Assembly: GCA_963708025.1 (NCBI GenBank) | Contig: CAVPSB010000025.1 | Location: 288,001-352,000 of the forward strand | Direction: 5' to 3' | Origin: an uncultured Candidatus Rokubacteria bacterium | GTDB taxonomy: Bacteria > Methylomirabilota > Methylomirabilia > Rokubacteriales > DASRDR01 | DNA length: 64,000 nucleotides | The notes under the pieces: model-generated | Told to the model about the DNA's origin: nothing | Seen by the model: the letters and a program-made list of their open reading frames with translations, nothing else | Databases searched by the model: none | Shown here: positions 22,822 to 31,920 of the stretch, piece by piece | Position numbering within the stretch: the first letter of the stretch is position 1 | How the letters are laid out: each line of letters begins with the position of its first letter | Program-made: the position numbers and the translations under genes

Positions 22822-23631
22822 ATGGGTAAGCGGCTCGCGGACAAGGTCGCGGTCGTGTGCGGCGCGGGGGCCTCGGCCGGGGGACTGAGCAATGGCATGG
22901 CCACGTCGATCGTGTTCGCCCGGGAAGGCGCGAAGGTCTTCGCGGTCGATCGCGACGTCACCCTGGCCCGGGAAACCGAAAAGCGGATCGTGTCCGAGCA
23001 CGGGGAATGCACCCTGTACGAGTGCGACGTCTCCGATGCGGGGCAGGTGGCGCGGATGGCGGAGGCGTGCATCGGGCGGTACGGCCGCATCGACGTCCTG
23101 TTCAACAACGTCGGGGTGTATGCGCTCGGGGGTCCGCTCGACCTGAGCGAGGACGAGTTCGATCGGGTGATGCGCGTCAACCTCAAGAGCATGTTCCTGA
23201 CCTGCCGGGCCGTGCTTCCCGCGATGCTGAGGCAGGGGACGGGGGCGATCGTCAACAACGCGTCGGTGTCGGCGATCCGCTATTCCGTCCCCAGCCTCGC
23301 GTACTCCGCGTCCAAGGCGGCCGTGCTCCAGCTCACGCAGAACATCGGTCTGCAGTATGCGGCCCGGGGGATCCGCTGCAATGCGGTCCTGCCGGGGAAC
23401 ATTCTCACGGATCGTCTGGTCGCGCGCTTGAAGGCCTCCCACGGGGAGGCCTACACGGAGCGGATCCGCGAGTGGGCGGAACAGGTGCCGTGTGGCCGGG
23501 CCGGTGAGCCGTGGGACGTCGCCCACGCGGTGCTGTTTCTCGCGTCCGACGAGGCCCGGTACATCAATGCCGTCGAGCTGGCCGTCGATGGCGGACTCTC
23601 GGCCTCGTATCTCGGCCGGGCCTCTTCCTGA
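22822..23631 (+). CDS. SDR family oxidoreductase
   Basis: KVAVVCGAG, LFNNVG, YSASK and IRCNAVLPG motifs. Confidence 0.92.
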   Translation: MGKRLADKVAVVCGAGASAGGLSNGMATSIVFAREGAKVFAVDRDVTLARETEKRIVSEHGECTLYECDVSDAGQVARMAEACIGRYGRIDVLFNNVGVYALGGPLDLSEDEFDRVMRVNLKSMFLTCRAVLPAMLRQGTGAIVNNASVSAIRYSVPSLAYSASKAAVLQLTQNIGLQYAARGIRCNAVLPGNILTDRLVARLKASHGEAYTERIREWAEQVPCGRAGEPWDVAHAVLFLASDEARYINAVELAVDGGLSASYLGRASS

Positions 23632-23643
23632 CTGGATCTTCGC

Positions 23644-24528
23644 TCAGGCGACACCCCGCTGGCGCAGGCGGGCGTCCAGGGCCACCCTCAGCCCATCGCC
23701 GAGCAGGTTCAGGCCCAGGACGGTCAGGAACATCGCCACCCCGGGAAAGAGGGACAGCCAGGGTGCCCGCTCGATGTACTGGTAGGCCTGGCGCAGCATC
23801 GATCCCCAGCTGGGGTTGGGGGGCTCGATCCCGAGACCGAGAAAGCTGAGCGTCGCCTCGGCGATGATCGCCTGGGGAATCATCAGAGAGGACTGGACGA
23901 TGATGGGGCCGAGGACGTTGGGCCAGATGTGGAACAGCATCATCCGCAACGGGCCTGCTCCGAGGGCCCGGGCGGCCATGGCGAACTCCCGCTCCCGGAT
24001 GGAGAGCGCCTGGGCGCGGACGAGCCGGGCGAAGGCCGGCGTGAACACGATCCCGATCGCGATCATGGCGTTGGCGAGCCCCGGGCCCAGGCTGGCGGCG
24101 ATCGCCAGCGCCAGCACGAGGGTCGGGAAGGACCACAGGGCATCGACGACCCGCATCAGCACATCGTCGATCCACCCGCCCCAGTAGCCGGCGGTCAGGC
24201 CCATCATCACCCCGAACAGGATGGCGATCCCCACCGACACCACCCCCGCCAGCACCGCCACCCGGGCCCCATGGATGACGCGACTCAGCACGTCGCGGCC
24301 CAGGTGGTCGGTTCCCATCAAGTGGTGGAGGCCGGGGCGCTGCAGGATCGGACTCACGACCCGGTTGGGGTTGTAGGGGGTGACGAGGTCGGCCGACACG
24401 GCCAGGAGCAAGACGACGGTCAGCACGCAGAGGCCGAGGATGCTGCCGCGAGTCTTGACCAGTCGGGAGACGAAGGCGCCGGCCCGTCGAGCCGCCGAGC
24501 GTCCGAGAGTCCCGATCCGGTCGCTCAT
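23644..24528 (-). CDS. Peptide/nickel ABC permease (DppC-like)
   Basis: GTDHLGRD, EFAMAARALGA and EATLSFLGLG motifs. Confidence 0.92.
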   Translation of the reverse strand: MSDRIGTLGRSAARRAGAFVSRLVKTRGSILGLCVLTVVLLLAVSADLVTPYNPNRVVSPILQRPGLHHLMGTDHLGRDVLSRVIHGARVAVLAGVVSVGIAILFGVMMGLTAGYWGGWIDDVLMRVVDALWSFPTLVLALAIAASLGPGLANAMIAIGIVFTPAFARLVRAQALSIREREFAMAARALGAGPLRMMLFHIWPNVLGPIIVQSSLMIPQAIIAEATLSFLGLGIEPPNPSWGSMLRQAYQYIERAPWLSLFPGVAMFLTVLGLNLLGDGLRVALDARLRQRGVA

Positions 24529-24561
24529 CCCGCTCCCGCGTCGGCCTGGCCGCGCCCCCGG

Positions 24562-25512
24562 CTACGCGTACCGGATGCGAGGGTCCACGTAGGCGTAGAG
24601 CAGGTCCGTGAGCAAGTTGGCGGCGAGCACCGCCAGGGCCATGACGAGGACCACGCCCTGCAGCACCGGGAAGTCGCGGAAGAAGACGGAATCGGCGGCC
24701 AGCCGCCCCATCCCGGGGAGGGCGAAGATCGTCTCGATGACAACCGCGCCACCGAACAGACGACCGATCTGGAGCCCGACCACGGTGATCACCGGGATCA
24801 TCGCGTTCTTCAGCGCGTGAACCCGGATCACGGTCCTCTCCGGGAGCCCCTTGGCTCGCGCGACCGTGACGTAGTCTTCCTGGAGGACCTCGATCAGCGA
24901 GGCCCGCACCTGCCGCATGGTGACGGCGTTCAGGGCCATGCCGAGCGATAGCGCCGGCAGGATGATGGCCTTCACGTTGGGCCAGAGACCGACCGACAGC
25001 GGCACGTAGCCCGAGGGCGGCAGCAGGCGCAGCTCCACCGCGAAGAGGTAGATCAGCAGGATTCCGACGAAGAACTCCGGCAACGCGACGCCGGCCACCG
25101 ACATCATCGTGGCGACCGTGTCGATCTTGGAGTTCGGGCGCGTGGCGGACACGATCCCCACCGGGATGGCGATGCAGAGAGCGATCACCAGGGCGACCGC
25201 GGTGAGTTGAATGGTGATGGGGAGGCGGGCCGTCAACGCGTCCAGGACGGCCTCGTGGGTCCGAACGGACCGGCCCAGGTCTCCCCGCAGCGCCCGCCCG
25301 ATCCACCGGGCATACTGGACCGGCAGCGGCCGATCCAGCCCCAGCTCCTTTCGCATGGCCTCGTAGGCGACGCGGTCGTTGATGTTGGCCTCCCCGAGGA
25401 ACGCCAGGGCCGGGTCACCGGGCAGGAGCATGGTGATCGAGAAGACCACGACCGTGACCAGGAAGAGCACCGGGACGAAGTAGAGGAGTCGGCGCAGCAG
25501 ATAGCGCGTCAT
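24562..25512 (-). CDS. Peptide/nickel ABC permease (DppB-like)
   Basis: LPGDPA, GLDRPLPVQY, DYVTVARAKGL and ETIFALPGMG motifs. Confidence 0.92.
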   Translation of the reverse strand: MTRYLLRRLLYFVPVLFLVTVVVFSITMLLPGDPALAFLGEANINDRVAYEAMRKELGLDRPLPVQYARWIGRALRGDLGRSVRTHEAVLDALTARLPITIQLTAVALVIALCIAIPVGIVSATRPNSKIDTVATMMSVAGVALPEFFVGILLIYLFAVELRLLPPSGYVPLSVGLWPNVKAIILPALSLGMALNAVTMRQVRASLIEVLQEDYVTVARAKGLPERTVIRVHALKNAMIPVITVVGLQIGRLFGGAVVIETIFALPGMGRLAADSVFFRDFPVLQGVVLVMALAVLAANLLTDLLYAYVDPRIRYA

Positions 25513-25805
25513 GGGTCCGGGTCACCCACGACTATGCGGGCGGCCCGCCCGGCGATCTGTCGCCGGCGATACGAAGTCGAAGGTGCCGGTCAACAGGCGT
25601 GGACTCGTTCCTTTCGGGTGGTGGACAAATGGGCGTCGTCGCCGACGGTACTATGGGTCCGCAGCGGCCGCAAGCCGAGCAGCGGGAAGAAAGGTCTGCC
25701 TCTCCGCTCACCCGCCCGCTGGCCCGCCGTGTCGGGGTGAGCTATGCTGGCTGTCTCGACACCGGCAGACCCGAGCTCTTCAACCCACGTCGAGGAGGAA
25801 CTACC

Positions 25806-26009
25806 ATGGCCGTCGCGCGCGTCACCAAGATCACCGCCGCCTCGTCCAAGAGCTGGCAGGACGCCGTCGATCAGGGGCTCAAGCGGGCCGCCAAGACTGT
25901 ACGGGGGATCACCGGACTCCACGTGCTCGAGGAGAAGGCCCACGTCGAGAAGGGGAAGATCACCGAGTACCGCGTGACCATGGAGCTGACCTTCATCCTG
26001 GAGGACTGA
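25806..26009 (+). CDS. Dodecin family flavin-binding protein
   Basis: MAVARVTKITAASSKSWQDAV..AAKTVRGI..ITEYRVTMELTFIL; GAGGAGG RBS. Confidence 0.9.
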   Translation: MAVARVTKITAASSKSWQDAVDQGLKRAAKTVRGITGLHVLEEKAHVEKGKITEYRVTMELTFILED

Positions 26010-26159
26010 GATCCTCCGAGCGACACCAACCAGGCGATCGCGGCGGTGTGCCGGGAGGCGGGGTACCCGGCGCCCGCCCCGACCCATATCCTCCGGCAAG
26101 CCTGAGCGGCGACGTCCGGACGTCCGGGTGACCGCGGGCGCGTGGCGTACACTGTCGGG

Positions 26160-26627
26160 GTGGACTGGCGCGCGGGCCTGATCGACGACGACGCGGGGTT
26201 GACCCGCATCCTCCGAGAGGCGCGGACGATCGCGGTCCTCGGGGCCAAGGCCGACCCGGACGCCCCGGCTCACTTCGTCCCCGCCTACCTCCGGGAGCGG
26301 GGCTACCGGATCGTGCCGGTGAACCCCAGGCTGGCCGGCCGCCCGCTGTTCGGCGTGCCCGCGGTCGCGACGCTGGCCGAGCTGGGCGAGCCCGTTGACG
26401 TCGTGGAGATCTTCCGCCGGCCCGAGTACCTGCCGGGGCACGCCGCGGAGATCCTGGCCATGTCGAGCCGCCCCGCCGTCGTCTGGTTCCAGCTCGGCAT
26501 CCGCCACGACGGCGCCGCCGAGCGCCTGGCTCGGGCCGGCCTCCGCGTCGTCCAGGACCGCTGCATGATGCCGGAGCATCGCCGCCTCCTGGGCGCCGCT
26601 CCCGCCAGATCACCCTCCCGCCCGTGA
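26160..26627 (+). CDS. CoA-binding protein (YccU-like)
   Basis: ARTIAVLGA, YRIVPVNP, VDVVEIFR, VWFQLGI and VVQDRC motifs; GTG 6 nt after a TACACT -10 box. Confidence 0.9.
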   Translation: MDWRAGLIDDDAGLTRILREARTIAVLGAKADPDAPAHFVPAYLRERGYRIVPVNPRLAGRPLFGVPAVATLAELGEPVDVVEIFRRPEYLPGHAAEILAMSSRPAVVWFQLGIRHDGAAERLARAGLRVVQDRCMMPEHRRLLGAAPARSPSRP

Positions 26628-27706
26628 GCCGCGAGCCGGGCCCGCTCCTCGCCTCGGGCCGGAGTGCGGACGTCTTCGAGCGCGGCGACGGCCTCGTCCT
26701 GCGTCGCTATCGCAGCCCGCGCGACACCGAGGGCGAGGCGGCCATCATGCGGTACGCCGAGGCCCACGGGTTCCCGGTCCCCCGGGTGCACGAGGCGAGC
26801 GCGACGGACATCGTCATGGAGCGCATCGAGGGGCCGACCATGCTCCACGACCTCGCCCGGCGCCCCTGGAGGGTCGCCGCCCACGCGGCTCTCCTCGCGA
26901 GTCTCCACCACCGGCTCCACGCGATCCCGGCTCCGGCGTGGCTGCCCTCGTCCCTCGGGGACGGCGACGTCCTCGTCCACCTGGACCTGCACCCGCAGAA
27001 CGTGCTGCTCGCGGCGCAGGGGCCCGTTGTCATCGACTGGCCCAACGCCATCCGGGGCGCGGGCGAGGACGACGTGGCCCAGACCTGGGTCATCCTGGCG
27101 ACCGCGGCGGTGCCCGGCAGCCGGGCCTACCGGCTCGTCGGGCGACTCTTCCGGGGGTTCTTCCTCCGGGCGTTCCTTGGGCACTTCGATCGGGCGGCCG
27201 TGGCGCGGCGGCTGCCGGCCGTGGCCGCCCGGTGGCTGCGCGACCGGAACGTCGAGCCGGCCGAGCGCGCGGCGACCGCCCGGCTCCTGCGGCGGGAGGC
27301 CGGTGTCCCGCCGCTGCGTCAGGCCGGGCCACCCCCGCGCCGTTCGTCACCTGAACCCGTGCTCCGCCCGCTGGGCGGGCGCGCACGGGTGGGCTATGCT
27401 GGCAATCGTGTCCGGGGCAGGCCGGCCTCGAGCCCACACCGGGGAGGGACCGCCGTGGCCGTCGCACGAGGTGGTTCGGTGGTCGATGGCCTGACCCGCA
27501 CCGTGTCGCGCACCGACATGGTCGATTCGCGAGTGGCCGCCATCCTCCGTGCCAAGTCCGGGAGGGAGCGGCTGTGGCTCGGACACGAAGAGTGGCGGCT
27601 CGCACGCGAGCGGCTGACCGTGTTCCTCCGATCCCGGCACCCGGAGTGGGACGCGGCAGAGCTCCAGCGGCGTGTCGCGGCCAGGCTCGCCGGTGGACCA
27701 GGCTGA
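26624..27706 (+). CDS. Aminoglycoside phosphotransferase-like kinase; no stop after the domain, so it reads in frame into a small downstream protein
   Basis: LASGRSADVF, HLDLHPQNVL and VIDW motifs; kinase domain ends near 27310. Confidence 0.75.
   Translation: MSREPGPLLASGRSADVFERGDGLVLRRYRSPRDTEGEAAIMRYAEAHGFPVPRVHEASATDIVMERIEGPTMLHDLARRPWRVAAHAALLASLHHRLHAIPAPAWLPSSLGDGDVLVHLDLHPQNVLLAAQGPVVIDWPNAIRGAGEDDVAQTWVILATAAVPGSRAYRLVGRLFRGFFLRAFLGHFDRAAVARRLPAVAARWLRDRNVEPAERAATARLLRREAGVPPLRQAGPPPRRSSPEPVLRPLGGRARVGYAGNRVRGRPASSPHRGGTAVAVARGGSVVDGLTRTVSRTDMVDSRVAAILRAKSGRERLWLGHEEWRLARERLTVFLRSRHPEWDAAELQRRVAARLAGGPG
27518..27706 (+). CDS. Small helical protein preceding a nucleotidyltransferase (putative antitoxin); alternative start GTG 27455
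   Basis: MVDSRVAAILRAKSGRERL..LRSRHPEWDAAELQRRVAARL; TATGCT at 27395 and GGGAGG RBS before 27455. Confidence 0.55.
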   Translation: MVDSRVAAILRAKSGRERLWLGHEEWRLARERLTVFLRSRHPEWDAAELQRRVAARLAGGPG

Positions 27707-28262
27707 GCTCCTGCGGCATCTGGTGACGGCGTTCGAAGTTCTCGGCATCCAGTACATGATCGGGGGGGCCCAGGCCGCGATGTTCTACGGCGAGCCGCGC
27801 CTCACCCGAGACATCGACGTGGTCGCGGAGATCGAGCTTGCTCAGGTGCCCGGGCTCCTCGAGCGCTTCCCGACCGAGGACTTCTACCTGAGCGAGGACG
27901 CCGTTCGCGAAGCGATCCGCGATCGAGGACAGTTCAACATCATTCATCCCGCTTCGGGGCTGAAGATCGACGTCATCCTCCCAAAGGACACCGAGTACGA
28001 CCGCGTGGAGCTCTCGCGACGCGAACGCCACGAGCTGCTGGAGGGCTTGCACGCGTATTTCGCCCGGCCCGAGGACGTCATCCTCTACAAGATGATCTAC
28101 TTCCGCGAGGGTGGATCCGACCGCCACATTCGGGACATTCTGGGAATCCTCAGGGTGTCGGGCCCGGAGATCGACACCGCGTACATCGCGGAATGGGCAG
28201 GGCGGCTGGGGTTGGCTGGCATCTGGGACGCGGTGATCGAGCGGGCCCGGGCGAACGACTGA
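27693..28262 (+). CDS. Nucleotidyltransferase-fold protein (putative toxin or TA component)
   Basis: YMIGGAQAAMFYGEPRLTRDIDVV, KIDVI, PEDVILYK and RHIRDI motifs. Confidence 0.8.
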   Translation: MDQAELLRHLVTAFEVLGIQYMIGGAQAAMFYGEPRLTRDIDVVAEIELAQVPGLLERFPTEDFYLSEDAVREAIRDRGQFNIIHPASGLKIDVILPKDTEYDRVELSRRERHELLEGLHAYFARPEDVILYKMIYFREGGSDRHIRDILGILRVSGPEIDTAYIAEWAGRLGLAGIWDAVIERARAND

Positions 28263-28336
28263 TCAGGGCGACGCGCTTCGCCGCGTCCGGGCGGCCTGCG
28301 GCGCCGACGCACCCAATCGGTGTCCGGCGGATGTCT

Positions 28337-28861
28337 TCAGGGCCGGCCGGGCAGTCGGAGAATCGCGCCGCAGTGCCGGCAGGTCCGCAGGTCCTCGCTG
28401 GCGTTGAAGCGCTCGATGACCTCCTTGAGCTGGGTCTCGATGTCCGCGCACGCGAACGCCACCTCGTGGAGCTTCCCCTGACAGCCCTCGCAGAACCAGG
28501 CCAGGCGGTCCAGCTCGTCGGGGCGCCGCTTGCGCTCGATGACCAGGCCCCAGGTGCCGGGCGGCCGCACCGGGCAGTGCGGGGTCCCGGCCGGGCAGAG
28601 CAGGACCTCGCCCTCGCGCACCCGGGCCGCCTGCCGCTGGCCCCCGGCGTCGATGAACTCGACCGTGATGTCGCCCTCGAGCTGGTAGAAGATCTCGTCG
28701 CCCGGGTCGATGTGGAAGTCGTTCCGGGCGTTCGGCCCCCGGACGATCTGGAAGATGAACTCGCTCTCCGGGAAGACCTCCTTGTTCGCGACGGGCGGCT
28801 TGAAGAGCTGCGGGTTGTCGGTGATCCAGCGCATCAGGTGCAGCGGGAGCAGGGCCGGCAT
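28337..28861 (-). CDS. nbaC: 3-hydroxyanthranilate 3,4-dioxygenase
   Basis: KPPVANK, GPNARNDFHID..EIFYQLEG, PHCPVR and CEGC/CRHC rubredoxin-like site. Confidence 0.9.
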   Translation of the reverse strand: MPALLPLHLMRWITDNPQLFKPPVANKEVFPESEFIFQIVRGPNARNDFHIDPGDEIFYQLEGDITVEFIDAGGQRQAARVREGEVLLCPAGTPHCPVRPPGTWGLVIERKRRPDELDRLAWFCEGCQGKLHEVAFACADIETQLKEVIERFNASEDLRTCRHCGAILRLPGRP

Positions 28862-28936
28862 GGTGCCTCCTCCTTACGCGCGACGGCGTGGATGCTAATA
28901 TAGCAAGCCCGATCGATCACTGGCCAAGGAGGCCCG

Positions 28937-30019
28937 ATGCGTCTGGGATACTTCGCGATGCCGCTTCACCCGCCGGGCTCGGACCTGGCGCAGACGATGG
29001 ACGACGACCTCGAGCAGCTGGTGACCCTGGAGGGGCTCGGCTTCGAGGAGGCCTGGATCGGCGAGCACTTCACGGCGGAGTGGGAGAACATCCCGTGCCC
29101 CGACCTCTTCATCGCGCGGGCGCTCGGGGCCACGCGCACCATGAAGCTCGGCACCGGCGTCTCCTGCCTGCCGAACCACAACCCGCTGATGCTGTCCCAG
29201 CGGATCGCTCAGCTCGACCAGATGGCCCGCGGCCGCTTCTACTGGGGCGTCGGCTCCGGCGGCTTCCCGGGCGACTTCGAGATGGTGGGGATCGACCCGA
29301 AGACGGGCGAGCACCGGGAGCTGACCCGCGAGGCCCTCGACCTGGTCCTGGACCTCTGGCGAGACCCCAAGCCGGGCCTCTACGAGTCGAAGTACTGGCG
29401 CTTCCGGGTGCCGGAGCCGCAGGACGACATCGCCCTCCGCCTCCACCTCCGGCCCTACCAGCGGCCGCACCCGCCGATCGCGGTGGCCGGCGTCTCGTCC
29501 GGCTCCGAGACCCTGGTGCTGGCGGGGGAGCGCGGCTACATCCCGATGAGCATCAACTTCGTCCCGGCCCGGACCCTGCGCACCCACTGGGAGGGCGTCG
29601 AGGCCGGGGCCCGGCGGGCCGGCCGGACGGCCGACCGCGCCACCTGGCGGATCGCCCGCGACGTCTACGTCGCCGACTCCACGACCCGCGCGCGCCGAGA
29701 AGCGCTGGAGGGCCCGCTTGCCCGCGACTGGCGGGAGTACTTCCTGCCGCTCCTCCGGCGGACGAAGCGGCTCGCCCTCCCCAAGGTCGATCCGGACATG
29801 CCGGACGAGGACGTCACCGTCGAGTACCTGGCCGACAACATCTGGCTGGTGGGCGACGCCGACACGGTGGCCGAGCGGCTGGCCACGCTGTACCGGGACG
29901 TCGGCGGCTTCGGCGTCCTGCTGGTCATCGCCCACGAGTGGCAGCCGCGGGCGGGCTGGGTGCGCTCGATGACCCTCCTCCGCGACCAGGTCCTGCCCCA
30001 GCTGGCGCGCCATGGTTGA
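28937..30019 (+). CDS. LLM class flavin-dependent monooxygenase
   Basis: GYFAMPLHPPG, EAWIGEH, KLGTG and PYQRPHPPI motifs. Confidence 0.9.
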   Translation: MRLGYFAMPLHPPGSDLAQTMDDDLEQLVTLEGLGFEEAWIGEHFTAEWENIPCPDLFIARALGATRTMKLGTGVSCLPNHNPLMLSQRIAQLDQMARGRFYWGVGSGGFPGDFEMVGIDPKTGEHRELTREALDLVLDLWRDPKPGLYESKYWRFRVPEPQDDIALRLHLRPYQRPHPPIAVAGVSSGSETLVLAGERGYIPMSINFVPARTLRTHWEGVEAGARRAGRTADRATWRIARDVYVADSTTRARREALEGPLARDWREYFLPLLRRTKRLALPKVDPDMPDEDVTVEYLADNIWLVGDADTVAERLATLYRDVGGFGVLLVIAHEWQPRAGWVRSMTLLRDQVLPQLARHG

Positions 30020-31211
30020 GACCGCCGATGTCGTCGTGGTCGGCGGGGGCGTCAACGGCGCCAGCATCGCCTGCGCGCTGGCCGCCCGCGGCGTCCGCCG
30101 GGTGACCCTGCTCGAGAAGACGGCGCTGGCCAGCGGCGCCTCGGGCCGCTCGAGCGCGCTCGTCCGCATGCACTACACCAACGAGTGGGACGCGCGGCTG
30201 GCGTGGGCGAGCTTCCCGGTCTTCCGACAGTGGCCCGAGATCATGGGCGGGCCCCCGGTCTTCACGCGCACCGGGTTCCTGACGGTCGTGGGGCCCGAGC
30301 ACGTCGAGCACCTGCGGAAGAACGTCGAGATGCTGCGCGGGATCGGGATCGACACGGTCGCCCTCTCCCCGGCCGAGGTGCGCACGCTCCAGCCGTTCAT
30401 GACCGTGGACGACGTGGGGGCCGCCGCCTACGAGCCGGAGAGCGGCTACGCGAGCCCGGCCGACGTCGTCGAGGGATTCCGGCGGCGGGCGCGGGAGCTG
30501 GGGGCGCGGATCGTCGAGGGTCGGCCGGTCACCGCCATCACCCGGCGCGAGAGCCGGGTGGCCGGGGTGGAGACGGCCGCCGGCCCGATCGAGTCGCCGG
30601 TCGTGGTGGTCTCCGCCGGGGCCTGGGCCCTGCCGCTCTGCCGGGGGATCGGCCTCGACCTGCCGGCCCGCACCAAGGCGATCGACACCGTGCTGGTCAC
30701 GCGGCCACCCGAGCTGCGCGAGCCCCACATGGTCGTGATCGACACGATCCAGGCGACCTACTTCCGGCCGGAGAGCGGGATCCTGACCATCGTCGGCGTC
30801 CCCTGCTTCGACTACGACGTGGATCCCGATCGCCTCGGCACCGGGCTCCCGCCCCACGCGGCGCCCGAGGGCGCCCGCATCCTCACGCATCGCATCCCGG
30901 CCATGGAGCGGGCCACGCTGGCGCGGGGCTTCCGCGCCTTCGACCTCTACAGCGCCGACCGCCATGCGATCCTCGACCGCGTCGAGGGGCTGGACGGCCT
31001 CTACCTGGCCACCGCGTTCAGCGGGAGCGGCTTCAAGATCGCGCCGGCCGTCGGGACCTGCATGGCCGAGCTGATCGTGGACGGCGCCGCCAAGACCGTG
31101 GACATCCGGCCCTTCGGCCTTCGCCGCTTCGCCGAGGGCCGGCCGCTCGAGGGCCCCTACCCCTACACGCCCCCGGCGGAGCACGCTGGGCGACCGGGCG
31201 TCGTCGTCTGA
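30012..31211 (+). CDS. FAD-dependent oxidoreductase (DAO/sarcosine oxidase beta-like)
   Basis: VVGGGVNG, ASGASGRS and FSGSGFKIAPAVG motifs. Confidence 0.9.
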   Translation: MVETADVVVVGGGVNGASIACALAARGVRRVTLLEKTALASGASGRSSALVRMHYTNEWDARLAWASFPVFRQWPEIMGGPPVFTRTGFLTVVGPEHVEHLRKNVEMLRGIGIDTVALSPAEVRTLQPFMTVDDVGAAAYEPESGYASPADVVEGFRRRARELGARIVEGRPVTAITRRESRVAGVETAAGPIESPVVVVSAGAWALPLCRGIGLDLPARTKAIDTVLVTRPPELREPHMVVIDTIQATYFRPESGILTIVGVPCFDYDVDPDRLGTGLPPHAAPEGARILTHRIPAMERATLARGFRAFDLYSADRHAILDRVEGLDGLYLATAFSGSGFKIAPAVGTCMAELIVDGAAKTVDIRPFGLRRFAEGRPLEGPYPYTPPAEHAGRPGVVV

Positions 31212-31239
31212 GCCTCCCCCAGCGGGTGGGGACCGGACC

Positions 31240-31326
31240 TGAGAGTGTCTGAAGTCACGAGAGCCTCCGGCCCCCCCTCCCCCCGGTGGGTGGGGGAGGG
31301 GGGTTGGGGGGGGGTAGGTGGGAGGT
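31240..31326 (+). repeat. Repeat family A, copy A3
   Basis: TGAGAGTGTCTGAA..CCTCCGGCCCCCCCTCCCCCCGGTGGGTGGGGGAGGGGGGTTGGGGGGGGGTAGGTGGGAGGT. Confidence 0.85.
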
Positions 31327-31327
31327 G

Positions 31328-31888
31328 ATGGAGATCATAAACAAGACCGCGCTCCTGATCATCGACGCCCAGCAGGAGTACTTCGCCCCGATCGGCAAGG
31401 TGGTCCTGCCCGACGGGCCCCAGGCCATCGCCCGCATCACCCAGGTGCTCGAGTGGGCGCGGGGCCGGGGGGTCCCGGTCTTCCACATCGTCCACGAGAG
31501 CCGCCGGCCCAACGCCACGATCTTCGTCCCGGGCAGCCCGGCCCTGGCCATGCATCCCGCCATCACGCCGGCCCCGGGTGAGGCGGTGATCCAGAAGCAT
31601 CTGCCCGGCTCCTTCACCAACACGACGCTGGAGGCCGAGCTGCGCCAGCACGGCGTCGAGCGGGTCATCGTCTCCGGCTTCATGACCCAGATGTGCTGCG
31701 ACACCACGGCCCGCGAGGCGGCTCACCGCGGCTTCGCCGTCACGCTCCTGTCCGACGCCACCGCGGCCATGGACGTGAAGGGGCCGGACGGCGTGGTGAT
31801 CCCCCACGACGTGGTCCACCGGACCCACCTCGGGAGCCTCAACGGCTTCCTGGCCGAGGTGAAGCGGACGGACGACGTCACCCGGTGA
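31328..31888 (+). CDS. Cysteine hydrolase / isochorismatase family
   Basis: TALLIIDAQ, IQKHLPGSF and GFMTQMCCDTTAR motifs. Confidence 0.9.
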   Translation: MEIINKTALLIIDAQQEYFAPIGKVVLPDGPQAIARITQVLEWARGRGVPVFHIVHESRRPNATIFVPGSPALAMHPAITPAPGEAVIQKHLPGSFTNTTLEAELRQHGVERVIVSGFMTQMCCDTTAREAAHRGFAVTLLSDATAAMDVKGPDGVVIPHDVVHRTHLGSLNGFLAEVKRTDDVTR

Positions 31889-31920
31889 CGGCCCGCCGGC
31901 CGACTGTCTAAGGTAGCGGC

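Noticed and set aside
31321-31330. Repeat-supplied Shine-Dalgarno GGAGGT for the cysteine hydrolase
   Set aside because: Only 1-2 nt from the ATG, too close for a normal SD
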